The notes under the pieces: model-generated
Seen by the model: only the letters and a program-made list of their open reading frames with translations
The model's database searches: none
What the model was told of the DNA's origin: nothing
Part shown: in pieces, positions 39,546-49,655 of the stretch
Numbering within the stretch: the first letter of the stretch is position 1
Layout of the letters: each line of letters begins with the position of its first letter
Translations under genes and position numbers: made by a program
Source of the DNA: a bacterium HR34
GTDB taxonomy: Bacteria; Patescibacteriota; Minisyncoccia; Minisyncoccales; HRBIN34
Reading direction: 5' to 3'
Assembly (NCBI GenBank): GCA_002923395.1
Contig: BEIK01000002.1
Coordinates: forward strand, 1,965 to 65,964
DNA: 64,000 nucleotides

Positions 39546-40208
39546 ATGTCACATAAAGTTCATCCAAAAATTTATAGAGTTTCAAAAACAGAAGACTGGA
39601 GATCGAGGTGGTTTGCTACCAAAAATTTTAGTGTTCTATTAGAGCAGGATTATAAAATTAGAGAATTTTTGTCAGAAAAGTTGAAGGATGCTGCGGTAAA
39701 AGATATTATAATAGAAAGAATACCTGGGAAACTAATAATTACAATAGAAACAGCTAAGCCAGCATTTATTATTGGTAAGGGTGGTAAAGGTTTAACAGAA
39801 TTAAAAACTGAAATAGAAAAACTGTTAAAACTTAATCTTAAAAAGAAAAAAGAAAGAGATTATGATGTTGAAATAAATGTTAAGGAAGTAATAGATTTTT
39901 GGAAATCGGCAGAGTTAGTTTCTCAATGGATGGCAAAACAAATAGAAAATAGAGTTCCTTTCAAGAGAGTATTAAAGCAAGCAATGGCGAAGATATGTGA
40001 GAATAGAGATGTAGAAGGTGTAAAGCTTATGGTTTCTGGAAGATTAGATGGTGTTGAGATAGCAAGGACAGAGTGGATTGCAAAAGGTAAGCTTCCCAGA
40101 ACTACAATTAAAAGTGATATTGACTTTGCGAGAAATACGGCTTTCTGTAGGTATGGTACTGTTGGTATAAAAGTTTGGATTTATAAAGGTGAAAGAGAAA
40201 ATGTTTAA
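39546..40208 (+). CDS. rpsC: 30S ribosomal protein S3
   Basis: KVHP...R, IGKGG, SGRLDG.EIAR and YG..GIKVW motifs. Confidence 0.98.
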   Translation: MSHKVHPKIYRVSKTEDWRSRWFATKNFSVLLEQDYKIREFLSEKLKDAAVKDIIIERIPGKLIITIETAKPAFIIGKGGKGLTELKTEIEKLLKLNLKKKKERDYDVEINVKEVIDFWKSAELVSQWMAKQIENRVPFKRVLKQAMAKICENRDVEGVKLMVSGRLDGVEIARTEWIAKGKLPRTTIKSDIDFARNTAFCRYGTVGIKVWIYKGERENV

Positions 40209-40218
40209 ATAAAAAATT

Positions 40219-40632
40219 ATGTTTTTCCCAAGTAGAGTAAAATATAGAAAATCGCAAAAAAGACCACAAAAAGGAGTAGATAGAAGTGGTACTTATTTAG
40301 CTTTTGGGAGTTATGGATTAAAGGCAATGGAAGCAAGGTGGATTACTTCTAAACAATTAGAGACGTGCAGAAGAGTTATAATTAGATTTTTAAAAAAAGG
40401 AGGAAAATTATGGATAAGAATCTTTCCAAACAAACCTGTAACCAAAAAAGGGAATGAAGTACCAATGGGAGGAGGTAAAGGTTCTGTAGATCATTATGTT
40501 TTTCCTGTTAGACCGAATAGAATATTATTTGAAGTAGATGGCATTTCAGAACAAGAAGCAAGAGAAGCACTTAGAATAGCAGCATCGAAGTTGCCCATTA
40601 AAACTAAGTTTGTAAAGAAAGAAGAAATATGA
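40219..40632 (+). CDS. rplP: 50S ribosomal protein L16
   Basis: WIRIFP.KP, MGGGKG and KLPIKT motifs. Confidence 0.98.
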   Translation: MFFPSRVKYRKSQKRPQKGVDRSGTYLAFGSYGLKAMEARWITSKQLETCRRVIIRFLKKGGKLWIRIFPNKPVTKKGNEVPMGGGKGSVDHYVFPVRPNRILFEVDGISEQEAREALRIAASKLPIKTKFVKKEEI

Positions 40633-40850
40633 AGAAAAAAGAAAAACAAGCCCTAAAAGCAAAAGATGAAAAAGATTTAATAAAGCTGTTGGCTGAGAAA
40701 AGGAAAAAGTTGCAAGAATTGAGGTTTTCTATTAGTTTGGGGGAAAAAGTTAAAAACATAAAAGAAATATCAAAATTAAAAAAAGAAATAGCAGTTATCC
40801 TTACTTTTATAAATCAAAAAAGAAGAGAGAAAGAGAATAAAAGTAATTAA
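40629..40850 (+). CDS. rpmC: 50S ribosomal protein L29
   Basis: LRF...KKEIA.I.T motif; operon position. Confidence 0.92.
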   Translation: MKKKEKQALKAKDEKDLIKLLAEKRKKLQELRFSISLGEKVKNIKEISKLKKEIAVILTFINQKRREKENKSN

Positions 40851-40859
40851 TTTTAATAT

Positions 40860-41093
40860 ATGCCAAAAAAAGAATTAATAGGAGAAGTAGTATCAACGAA
40901 AATGCAAAAAACACTTGTTGTTAAAGTGGCAAGAGTTAAAGTTCATCCTAAATATAAAAAGAGAATAGTTGTGCATAAAAAATACAAAGCCCATTATGAG
41001 GAAGGTAATTTTAAAGAAGGAGACAAGGTTTTAATAAGGGAATCAAGACCTATTTCAAAAGATAAAAAATGGGTAGTTGTTAAAAAATTATAA
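40860..41093 (+). CDS. rpsQ: 30S ribosomal protein S17
   Basis: VVS.KMQKT, HPKY and E.RPISK.K motifs. Confidence 0.98.
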   Translation: MPKKELIGEVVSTKMQKTLVVKVARVKVHPKYKKRIVVHKKYKAHYEEGNFKEGDKVLIRESRPISKDKKWVVVKKL

Positions 41094-41098
41094 AAATT

Positions 41099-41470
41099 AT
41101 GATACAAAAAGGAACAATGTTAAAAGTAGCAGATAATTCAGGTGCAAAGTTAGTAAAGTGCATCCATATTTATGGTGGTTCAAAAAGAAGATATGCAAAA
41201 TTGGGTGATGTTATTAATGTTGTTGTAAAAGAAGCAGAACCTAGAAAGGCAGTAAAAAAGCATGAAATAATAAGAGCCGTTGTTGTAAGGCAAAAAAAAC
41301 CATATAGAAGAAAAGATGGTTCTTATATTTATTTTGATGATAACGCTTGTGTTCTTTTGGATGGTAATACAACAAATCCAAAAGGGACAAGAATTATTGG
41401 CCCAATAGCAAGAGAAGTAAGAGAAAAAGGTTTTAGTGAAGTTGCTGGATTAGCAGAAGATATATTATAA
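41099..41470 (+). CDS. rplN: 50S ribosomal protein L14
   Basis: VADNSGAK, FDDNA and GTRI.GP motifs. Confidence 0.99.
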   Translation: MIQKGTMLKVADNSGAKLVKCIHIYGGSKRRYAKLGDVINVVVKEAEPRKAVKKHEIIRAVVVRQKKPYRRKDGSYIYFDDNACVLLDGNTTNPKGTRIIGPIAREVREKGFSEVAGLAEDIL

Positions 41471-41474
41471 AAAT

Positions 41475-41792
41475 ATGCAGAATAAACTTAAGATAAAAAA
41501 AGGAGATACTGTATTAGTAATCTGTGGTAAGGATAGAGGTAAAACAGGTAAGATTTTGAAGTGTTTCCCAAAATTAAGGAAAGTTATTGTTGAAAAAGTT
41601 AACATCAAAAAGAAGCATATGAAGCCAAGAAGACAAGGAGAAAAAGGTCAAATAATTGAATTTCCAGCCCCCATCAATGTTTCCAACGTAAAATTTATAT
41701 GTCCTAAATGTTCAAAGCCAACAAGATTAGGATATAAAGTTTCAGGTCGAACAAAAAAAAGAATTTGCAAAAAATGTAAAAGTGAAGTATAA
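41475..41792 (+). CDS. rplX: 50S ribosomal protein L24
   Basis: KKGD.V.VI.GKD.GK.G KOW motif and SNV. Confidence 0.98.
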   Translation: MQNKLKIKKGDTVLVICGKDRGKTGKILKCFPKLRKVIVEKVNIKKKHMKPRRQGEKGQIIEFPAPINVSNVKFICPKCSKPTRLGYKVSGRTKKRICKKCKSEV

Positions 41793-41796
41793 ATAT

Positions 41797-42357
41797 ATGA
41801 TTACACTAACGAAAGAAAAAGTTAAGGAGGTTAGAGAACAGATAAAAAGAGATTTAAGTTTAAAAAACATTAACCAAGCCCCTAAATTGGAGAAGATAGT
41901 TTTGAATGTTGGTTTTGGTAGAATGGTGGCTGGTAAGTCATCAGATGAACAAATGAAAATAAGAGAAGATATATTGAAGAACCTCTCTTTAATTGCTGGA
42001 CAAAAAGCAGTTTTTACAAAGGCAAGGGGAGCAGTTTCAGCATTCAAGATAAGAAAAGGTATGATAATCGGTGCGAAAGTGACTTTAAGGGGCAATAGAA
42101 TGTATGATTTTTTTGATAGATTTATAAATATAGTTTTGCCGAGAATAAGAGATTTTAGAGGAATATCACTTAACAGTATTGATAAATGGGGTAATTTAAC
42201 AGTTGGAATAAGAGAAGTTATAGTTTTTCCAGAAATATTACCAGAAAATTTAAAATATCCCTTTGGTTTAGAAGTTACTTTGCATTCTACGGCCAAAGAT
42301 AAAGAAACAGGGATACTATTTTTTAAAAAATTAGGAATACCATTTCAAGAAAAATAA
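41797..42357 (+). CDS. rplE: 50S ribosomal protein L5
   Basis: KIVLN.G, GQK, KVTLRG and PRIRDFRG motifs; ATG chosen at 41797. Confidence 0.97.
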   Translation: MITLTKEKVKEVREQIKRDLSLKNINQAPKLEKIVLNVGFGRMVAGKSSDEQMKIREDILKNLSLIAGQKAVFTKARGAVSAFKIRKGMIIGAKVTLRGNRMYDFFDRFINIVLPRIRDFRGISLNSIDKWGNLTVGIREVIVFPEILPENLKYPFGLEVTLHSTAKDKETGILFFKKLGIPFQEK

Positions 42358-42361
42358 AAAT

Positions 42362-42547
42362 ATGCCGACATTAGCACAAATAGTAAAATCAAAAAAGAAA
42401 CCAAAATATTCAACGAGAATTGTAAGGAGGTGTTTTAGATGCGGTAGAAAACGTGGTTATATGAGAAAATTTGGACTTTGCAGAATATGTTTTAGAGAAA
42501 TGGCAAACGAAGGTTTAATCCCAGGCGTTAGAAAATCTTCATGGTAA
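42362..42547 (+). CDS. rpsN: 30S ribosomal protein S14 (zinc-binding type Z)
   Basis: [13 protein letters not shown] and KSSW motifs. Confidence 0.98.
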   Translation: MPTLAQIVKSKKKPKYSTRIVRRCFRCGRKRGYMRKFGLCRICFREMANEGLIPGVRKSSW

Positions 42548-42562
42548 ATAATTTTAAAATTT

Positions 42563-42955
42563 ATGTTAGATCTAATAGTTGATTTTTTAAACAGAATAAG
42601 AAACGCTCAAATGGCACAGAAAAGTGTTGTATATATTCCTTTTTCAAACTTAAAATATGAAATAGCAAGTTTGTTGGAAAGAGAAAACTTTATTGATAAA
42701 GTTGAGAGAAGAGAAAGAAAGGGTAAAAAGTTTATAAAAATATATCTTAAATATACAGAAAACAAACAACCTGCAATTTCAGGATTAAGACGTATATCAA
42801 AACAAGGGCAAAGAATTTATGCAGGTTATGACGAGATTTCAAAATATAAAAAAGGTTACGGTATTGTTGTGTTAACAACTTCAAAAGGTATTTTAACAGA
42901 TAAAGAGGCAAGAAAAGAAAAGGTTGGAGGAGAGTTAATTTGTGAAGTTTGGTAA
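42563..42955 (+). CDS. rpsH: 30S ribosomal protein S8
   Basis: RIRNA, RISK.G.R.Y, TSKG and GGE motifs. Confidence 0.98.
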   Translation: MLDLIVDFLNRIRNAQMAQKSVVYIPFSNLKYEIASLLERENFIDKVERRERKGKKFIKIYLKYTENKQPAISGLRRISKQGQRIYAGYDEISKYKKGYGIVVLTTSKGILTDKEARKEKVGGELICEVW

Positions 42956-42960
42956 AAAAT

Positions 42961-43521
42961 ATGAGTAGAATAGGCAAAAAACCAATTAAAGTAGAGGAAG
43001 GGGTTGATATTAAATTAGAGAATGGAAAGGTTAAAGTAAAAGGTCCAAAAGGGGAACTAACTTTTGATATTCCACCATATATAACAGTTGAAAAAAAAGA
43101 TAACGAGGTGATAGTAAAACCTATAGAAAAATTTCCTAAAAGATTGAAAAATCAAGTAAAAGCACTATGGGGAACAACGAGGGCAATAATTAATAATATG
43201 GTTCAGGGAGTTTTAAGAGGTTATGAAAAGAAACTACAAATAGAAGGAATAGGTTATAAAGCAAGTGTACAGGGTAAAGATTTGATATTAGAAGTTGGTT
43301 TTACTCATCCAGTAAAAGTTCAATGCCCAGAAGGTATACAGTTTTCAGTAGAAAAGAATATAATTACAGTTTCTGGAGTCGACAGGCAAAAAGTTGGTCA
43401 AATTGCAGCTTTTATAAGATCAATTAAAAAACCAGACCCATATAAAGGTAAGGGGATAAGATACGTGGGAGAGCAAATTAGAAAGAAATTAGGTAAAAAA
43501 GCAGTAGGAGCAGGAGCATAA
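42961..43521 (+). CDS. rplF: 50S ribosomal protein L6
   Basis: MSRIGK.P, KGPKG and PYKGKG motifs. Confidence 0.98.
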   Translation: MSRIGKKPIKVEEGVDIKLENGKVKVKGPKGELTFDIPPYITVEKKDNEVIVKPIEKFPKRLKNQVKALWGTTRAIINNMVQGVLRGYEKKLQIEGIGYKASVQGKDLILEVGFTHPVKVQCPEGIQFSVEKNIITVSGVDRQKVGQIAAFIRSIKKPDPYKGKGIRYVGEQIRKKLGKKAVGAGA

Positions 43522-43532
43522 AAAATAAAAAT

Positions 43533-43889
43533 ATGAATATTAAAGAAAAAATAGAAAAAAGAAAAAGAAGGATCAAGAGAGTAAGATCTAAGATTATTGG
43601 AACAAAAGAGAGGCCACGCCTTTATGTTTTTAAATCTAATAAGTATGTATATGCAGGTTTAGCAATTGATTTGGAAGATACATCAAAAACTCTTTTTTAT
43701 ATTTCAACAAAAGATATAAAAAATAATAAAAAACCATTAGAAAAAGCCCTAGAATTAGGTAAAATTGTTGGAGAAAAAGCGAGACAAATAGGAATAGATA
43801 AAGTTGTTTTTGATAGAAGAGGTTATAAATACCATGGAATAGTAAAAAATATAGCTGAGGGTGCAAGGCAAGTAGGGTTAAAATTCTAA
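43533..43889 (+). CDS. rplR: 50S ribosomal protein L18
   Basis: RPRL.V.KS and FDRRGY.YHG motifs. Confidence 0.97.
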   Translation: MNIKEKIEKRKRRIKRVRSKIIGTKERPRLYVFKSNKYVYAGLAIDLEDTSKTLFYISTKDIKNNKKPLEKALELGKIVGEKARQIGIDKVVFDRRGYKYHGIVKNIAEGARQVGLKF

Positions 43890-43893
43890 AAAT

Positions 43894-44418
43894 ATGGCAA
43901 AAAGAAATTTAAAACAAAAAAATAATAACGAAGAACAGTTAGAATCAAAACTTATTGATTTGGCAAGAACGATAAGAGTTACTGGTGGTGGAAAGCATCT
44001 AAGTTTTAGAGCTGCTGTAGTTGTTGGTGATAAAAGGGGAAAAGTGGGTTTTGGAATTGGAAAAAGTAAAGATACAACAGAAGCAATAGAAAAGGCATTT
44101 AAGCAGGCAAAGAAGAATATGTTTCCTGTCGTTATAAAAGATGAGACAATTCCTCATAAAGTTTACGCAAAGCATGATGCTGCTGAAGTTTATTTATTTC
44201 CTCAAAGAAAAGGAATAGGTATTGTAGCAGGTGGTGTTGTGAGAGTTATTTGTAATTTTGCCGGTATTAAAAATGTTTCTTCAAAAATTATTGGAAGGAC
44301 AAAAAATAAAATTAGCAATGCCTTAGCAACAATTAAAGCACTAAAGAAATTAAAACCGATTGTCACAAAAGAAAACAAAGAAGATATTAAAAACGAAGAG
44401 TCAGCGCAAAGTAATTAA
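43894..44418 (+). CDS. rpsE: 30S ribosomal protein S5
   Basis: V.GG...SF.A.VVVGD..G.VG.G.GK and G.VAGG motifs. Confidence 0.98.
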   Translation: MAKRNLKQKNNNEEQLESKLIDLARTIRVTGGGKHLSFRAAVVVGDKRGKVGFGIGKSKDTTEAIEKAFKQAKKNMFPVVIKDETIPHKVYAKHDAAEVYLFPQRKGIGIVAGGVVRVICNFAGIKNVSSKIIGRTKNKISNALATIKALKKLKPIVTKENKEDIKNEESAQSN

Positions 44419-44422
44419 AAAT

Positions 44423-44854
44423 ATGCAAATTCATCAATTACAACGAAAAACTAAATTAAAGAAAAGGAAAAGAATAGGAAGAGGAGGAAAAAGAGGCACT
44501 TATAGCGGAAGAGGTGCTAAAGGGCAACGTTCAAGGGCGGGAAGAAATTTGCAGCCTTTAGTTAGGATTTTAATTAAAAGATATCATAAATTAAGAGGAT
44601 ATAAGTTTAATCCTGTTAGAGAGAAATTTATTGCCTTAAAACTATCTCTTATTAACAAACATTTTAGCGACGGCGATAAAATAACTCAACAGGTTTTAAG
44701 AGATAAAAAATTAATAAACCAAAACGAAAAAGCAAAAATAGTCGGTGATTCAAAAGAAATTGAATTTAATAAAAAATTACATATAATAGATGTGCCGGTA
44801 AGTTCTAAAGTAAAAGAATTAATAAAAAGCAAAGGAGGCACGGTAGAAAATTAA
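44423..44854 (+). CDS. rplO: 50S ribosomal protein L15
   Basis: RIGRGGKRGTYSGRG.KGQ..R; start set to the ATG after rpsE. Confidence 0.96.
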   Translation: MQIHQLQRKTKLKKRKRIGRGGKRGTYSGRGAKGQRSRAGRNLQPLVRILIKRYHKLRGYKFNPVREKFIALKLSLINKHFSDGDKITQQVLRDKKLINQNEKAKIVGDSKEIEFNKKLHIIDVPVSSKVKELIKSKGGTVEN

Positions 44855-44855
44855 T

Positions 44856-46142
44856 ATGACTAATTTTTTTGAAAAAATATCTTATATTTTCAAGTTACCT
44901 GACTTAAGAAATAAAATACTCTTCATTTTATTAGGATTTTTAATTTTTAGAATAGTAGCTAACATACCAGCCCCTGGTATAAACGAATTACAACTCAAAG
45001 AATTTTTTGCAAGGTTTGAATTTTTTGGTTTGTTGAGCGCTTTTACAGGTGGAGCCTTGGATAATCTTTCTATCGCAATGTTGGGGTTAGGTCCTTATAT
45101 TACGGCGAGCATTATAATGCAGCTTTTGACAATGGTTTTTCCAAGTCTTGAAAAAATGTACAAAGAAGAAGGTGAAGTTGGAAGAAAAAAAATAAATCAA
45201 TACGCAAGGTTTTTAACAGTTCCAATAGCCTTTGTGCAAGGTTATGGGACGTTAATGTTTTTACAAAATCAAAGAGCTATCACTTTTGCCGACACAGAAT
45301 CTTTGATTTTATCTTTGTTTACAATTGTAGCAGGAGCCGTATTTTTAATGTGGCTTGGTGAAATTATCTCAGAAAAAGGTATTGGAAATGGAATTTCTTT
45401 GTTAATTTTTGCCGGAATAGTTTCAGCCCTCCCAACTAATATAAGATCTACTGCGCTTTCTTTCACTGATCAAAGTCAAATAATTTCTTACTTAGAATTT
45501 TTTGTGATGGCTTTTGCTATTATAACATTGGTTGTATACGTGCAGGAAGCAAGAAGGAATATACCTGTTTCTTACGCAAGAAGAGTAAGGGGTATGAAAC
45601 TATATGGAGGAGTTGCAACTTATCTTCCTTTGCAGTTAAATCCAGCTGGTGTTATACCAATTATATTTGCCTTTTCCTTTTTACTTTTACCAGGAACTTT
45701 AGGCGCTATTTTATCTAACTTTGGAGGTTTTATAGGTTTTGCAGCCGAAAGAATATCTAATATATTCAAAGACCAACTTGTTAACGGCGTTTTATTATTC
45801 TTCTTAATTATTGGTTTTACATATTTTTATACTGCTGTTATTTTTGATCCAAAGACAATTTCAAATAATTTGCAAAGAATGGGTGGATTTATTCCTGGTA
45901 TAAGACCTGGGACTCCAACAGTAAATTATTTGTATTATGTTTTAAATAGAATTTTATTCGTTGGGGGTATAACTCTTGGTATTGTTGCTTTGATGCCATC
46001 TATTGCAGGAGCTTTTACCAACGTACACACATTTGGATTTTTTATAGGAGGAACGTCTGTTATAATTATAGTGTCTGTTATTATTGATTTGATAAACAAA
46101 ATAAACGCCCAATTAAAAATGAGAGAATACGACACTATATAA
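44856..46142 (+). CDS. secY: Preprotein translocase SecY
   Basis: PYITASII, GIGNGIS, AGVIPIIFA and PGIRPG motifs. Confidence 0.98.
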   Translation: MTNFFEKISYIFKLPDLRNKILFILLGFLIFRIVANIPAPGINELQLKEFFARFEFFGLLSAFTGGALDNLSIAMLGLGPYITASIIMQLLTMVFPSLEKMYKEEGEVGRKKINQYARFLTVPIAFVQGYGTLMFLQNQRAITFADTESLILSLFTIVAGAVFLMWLGEIISEKGIGNGISLLIFAGIVSALPTNIRSTALSFTDQSQIISYLEFFVMAFAIITLVVYVQEARRNIPVSYARRVRGMKLYGGVATYLPLQLNPAGVIPIIFAFSFLLLPGTLGAILSNFGGFIGFAAERISNIFKDQLVNGVLLFFLIIGFTYFYTAVIFDPKTISNNLQRMGGFIPGIRPGTPTVNYLYYVLNRILFVGGITLGIVALMPSIAGAFTNVHTFGFFIGGTSVIIIVSVIIDLINKINAQLKMREYDTI

Positions 46143-46152
46143 AAGTAAAAAA

Positions 46153-46869
46153 ATGCATAGACCCCAAAAAAGAGAAAAACCTTTTATAATTATTTTGGGA
46201 CCCCCTGGCGCTGGAAAAGGCACACAGGCAGAACTTTTAAGAGAAAAGTTTGATTTCTACTACCTTGAAACAAGCAGAGTTTTAGAAAAAATTATTTTCC
46301 ACCCTCAAGAAGAATTTATAGAGGTAAACGGCGAAAAATTTTATTTGGAAAAAGAAAGAGAAAATTTTGTTAAGGGAATTTTATTATCGCCGCCTTTTGT
46401 TTCTTATATAATAAAAGAAAAATTAAAGGAAGTTAAGAAACTTGATATGGGTGTTGTTGTTGTCGGCTCTCCAAGAACTGTTTACGAATGCGAAGAGCTA
46501 ATGCCGTTTATTATTGACCTTTTTGGAAAAGAAAATATAAAAGTTGTACTCATAGACATATCTTCTAAGGAAACAATATTTAGAAATTCTCACAGAAGAA
46601 TATGCTCTTTGAGCAGGCATCCAATTATTTATTCTGAAGAAACTAAAGATTTAACAATATGCCCCTTAGATGGTTCAGTTCTTTTGAGAAGAAAAGGTTT
46701 AGACGACCCCGAAGTTATAAAAACAAGGCTAAAAGAATATAGAGAAAGAACATTACCTCTATTAAAGTGCATAGAAAATCTTGGAATAAAAATCTCAATT
46801 GTTAACGGCGACGATACACCTTCAAATGTGTTTCAATCTCTCTTGAGCGTGTTAAACTTAGAGGAATAA
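46153..46869 (+). CDS. adk: Adenylate kinase family protein
   Basis: GPPGAGKGTQA, G.PR and DD..V...RL motifs; follows secY. Confidence 0.9.
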   Translation: MHRPQKREKPFIIILGPPGAGKGTQAELLREKFDFYYLETSRVLEKIIFHPQEEFIEVNGEKFYLEKERENFVKGILLSPPFVSYIIKEKLKEVKKLDMGVVVVGSPRTVYECEELMPFIIDLFGKENIKVVLIDISSKETIFRNSHRRICSLSRHPIIYSEETKDLTICPLDGSVLLRRKGLDDPEVIKTRLKEYRERTLPLLKCIENLGIKISIVNGDDTPSNVFQSLLSVLNLEE

Positions 46870-46927
46870 AAACTATCTTTTCCAACGACTTTAGTTTTTG
46901 CTATTATTTACTATAAGCTTTTTTATT

Positions 46928-47695
46928 ATGCAACCAGAATTAAAAACAAAAAAAGAAATAGAAATAATGAGAGAAGGTGGTAAAAAACTAGCCCGCATTT
47001 TTGATGTTGTTAAAAAAGAAATAAGACCTGGTATTACACCTTGGTATTTGGAGGAACTTGTGGAAGATTTAATAAAGAAAGAAGGGGCAAAACCTGCTTG
47101 TAAAAATTACAAAACATCAGAGTTTGCAGAATCTTATCCTTGTTGTATCTGCGCTTGCGTGAATGAGCAAATTGTTCATGTTGTTCCCGAAAAAGACAGA
47201 GTTTTAAAAGAAGGCGACATTATAACAGTAGATACTGCTATAATATGGCAAGATTTCTATGTAGATAAAGCAATAACTTTTCCTATTGGTAAAGTTGATT
47301 TTGAAGTTCAAAGATTTTTAAGGGTTGGCAAAAAAGCCTTAAAACTTGGCATTAAAAAAGCAAAAGTTGGCAATACTTTGGGCGATATTGGAAATACAAT
47401 TCAAAGATTCGTGGAGTCTCAAGGCTTTACTATTTTAAAAGAATTTTGCGGTCATGAAATAGGAAGAACTTTTCATGGCAGTTTTAATGTTTTAAACTTT
47501 GGCAAAAGAAAAAAAGGCTTGCCAATACAAGAAGGAATGACTTTTTGCATAGAGCCAATAATAAGTATGGGTTCTAATGAAATAGTTCCTTTGCCAAAAT
47601 TCGGCTATATCACCAAAGATAAATCACTTGCTTGTCACTTTGAAGATACAATAGCGATTGTAAACGGAAAAGCGCAAGTTTTAACCCAACTTTAA
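46928..47695 (+). CDS. map: Methionine aminopeptidase type I
   Basis: VN..IVH..P, D...D, CGH.IG..H, IEP and HFE.T motifs. Confidence 0.93.
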   Translation: MQPELKTKKEIEIMREGGKKLARIFDVVKKEIRPGITPWYLEELVEDLIKKEGAKPACKNYKTSEFAESYPCCICACVNEQIVHVVPEKDRVLKEGDIITVDTAIIWQDFYVDKAITFPIGKVDFEVQRFLRVGKKALKLGIKKAKVGNTLGDIGNTIQRFVESQGFTILKEFCGHEIGRTFHGSFNVLNFGKRKKGLPIQEGMTFCIEPIISMGSNEIVPLPKFGYITKDKSLACHFEDTIAIVNGKAQVLTQL

Positions 47696-47699
47696 TTTT

Positions 47700-49508
47700 A
47701 TGGAACAAAACTCAAACATTAGAAATTTTTGTATAATAGCCCATATAGACCACGGCAAATCTACTTTAGCCGACAGATTTTTAGAATTAACAGGGGCTGT
47801 TGATAAAAGTAAAATGGTAGAGCAGTATCTCGATAGCATGGATCTTGAAAGAGAAAAAGGCATAACCATAAAAATGCAGCCAGTTACTATGCACTATAAA
47901 GGATACACTTTAAACTTAATCGACACACCTGGTCACTATGATTTTAGTTATGAGGTTTCAAGATCCCTTAAGGCTGTGGAAGGAGCAATTTTATTGGTCG
48001 ATGCAACAAAAGGAGTTCAAGCGCAGACAATCTATAATTTAGAAATGGCATTATCCGCCAATTTGGAGATAATACCTGCAATCAACAAAATAGACCTTCC
48101 TTTGGCTAGGATAGACGAAGTTTTATCTCAGTTATCGGATTTGTTAGGTGTTAAAGAGGATGAGGTTTTTAAAATTTCTGCTAAAACAGGACAAGGCGTC
48201 GAAAAACTTTTAGAAGCTGTAATAGAGAGGATTCCACCGCCTTCCTCTTCCCAAGAGAAAAGATTAAAAGCCTTAATTTTCGATTCTTTGTATGATAACT
48301 ATAAAGGAGTAGTAGCATTTGTAAGGGTTTTTGAAGGAGAAGTGAAAGCAGACGATAAAATTTTATTGTTTGCCTCAAAAGAACAATCTCAAGTAAAGGA
48401 AGTTGGAATTTTTACGCCAGATTTTAAGCCAAAAGATGTATTAAGAGCAGGTGAGATAGGCTATATTGCGACTGGCATAAAAGATGTTTCGAAAGTAAGA
48501 GTAGGTGACACAATTTTTACAATAAACGATATTAATTATATTAAAGATTTCAACTTCCTTAAACCTTTAGAGGGTTACAAAGAACCATTGCCAAATGTTT
48601 TTATGGGTATTTATCCAAAAAATCCAGAGGAATTTGATGACCTTAAAAACGCTTTTCAAAAAATAAAACTTACTGATTGGTCATTTCATTTTGAGGCAGA
48701 ATCTCCAAATATGTTAGGTAGAGGTTTTAGATGTGGTTGTTTGGGGACTTTACACGCCGAAATAATAGTTGAAAGAATAAAAAGAGAATTTGGTCTAGAA
48801 CTTTTACTTTCCGTGCCTCAACCTGTTTACAAATATATAACGAAAGACAACAAAGAAGATTATATTTATTCTCCTTCTCAATGGCCCAATTTGGCTTTTA
48901 TCAAAGAAATTTTAGAGCCGTGGGTAAACTTAAGAATAATTGTGCCATCCCAATATGCAAGCAATGTATATCAATTAATGGATACCTTAGAGACAAAAGA
49001 ATTTAAAGACATTAAAAATTTATCATCACAGACTCTTTTAATGGAATTTGAAGTGCCATTAAGAGAAATAATTTATGGTTTTTACAACAATTTGAAAAAC
49101 TGCACTCAAGGTTATGCTTCAATGAGTTATGAAAATATAGGTTATAAAAAAGCAAATCTTGTAAAATTAGATGTTTTAATTTTAGGCAAAAAAGAAGAAG
49201 CGTTTTCAAAAATAGTATCTGCCCAAAAAGCGCAGAAAGAAGCGAAAAATTTAGCTCAAAAAATAAAAGAAAATATTCCTCCTCAATTATTCGCTGTTCC
49301 GGTTCAAGTTGCTATAGGAGGTAAAATAATAGCAAGAGAGACAGTAAAAGCAAGAAGAAAAGATGTTACAGCGCCCTTATATGGTGGTGATGTAACAAGA
49401 AAAATGAAGTTGTTGGAAAAACAGAAAAAAGGTAAAAAAGAAATGCAAAAGAAAGGAAGAGTAAGAATTCCTTACGAAAACTTCATTAGAGTTTTTACTC
49501 AGGAATAA
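47700..49508 (+). CDS. lepA: Elongation factor 4 (LepA)
   Basis: IRNFCIIAHIDHGKSTLAD, GFRCG and YGGD.TRK.KLL motifs. Confidence 0.98.
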   Translation: MEQNSNIRNFCIIAHIDHGKSTLADRFLELTGAVDKSKMVEQYLDSMDLEREKGITIKMQPVTMHYKGYTLNLIDTPGHYDFSYEVSRSLKAVEGAILLVDATKGVQAQTIYNLEMALSANLEIIPAINKIDLPLARIDEVLSQLSDLLGVKEDEVFKISAKTGQGVEKLLEAVIERIPPPSSSQEKRLKALIFDSLYDNYKGVVAFVRVFEGEVKADDKILLFASKEQSQVKEVGIFTPDFKPKDVLRAGEIGYIATGIKDVSKVRVGDTIFTINDINYIKDFNFLKPLEGYKEPLPNVFMGIYPKNPEEFDDLKNAFQKIKLTDWSFHFEAESPNMLGRGFRCGCLGTLHAEIIVERIKREFGLELLLSVPQPVYKYITKDNKEDYIYSPSQWPNLAFIKEILEPWVNLRIIVPSQYASNVYQLMDTLETKEFKDIKNLSSQTLLMEFEVPLREIIYGFYNNLKNCTQGYASMSYENIGYKKANLVKLDVLILGKKEEAFSKIVSAQKAQKEAKNLAQKIKENIPPQLFAVPVQVAIGGKIIARETVKARRKDVTAPLYGGDVTRKMKLLEKQKKGKKEMQKKGRVRIPYENFIRVFTQE

Positions 49509-49543
49509 TTTGAATTTTTTAGTTTATTTGTTAATTTAAATTA

Positions 49544-49648
49544 TTAAAAAGTCGTAAAAAGATAAGAGAACACCATTGCAAAAGCAGTAATGACAGCAAT
49601 AATGCCAAATAATACCCTCGTCCTTTTTTTGGTAAGATATTGAAGCAT
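49544..49648 (-). CDS. Putative 34-aa single-TM microprotein
   Basis: MLQYLTKKRTRVLFGIIAVITAFAMVFSYLFTTF*; below the ORF-track length cutoff. Confidence 0.5.
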   Translation of the reverse strand: MLQYLTKKRTRVLFGIIAVITAFAMVFSYLFTTF

Positions 49649-49655
49649 AAAATTT

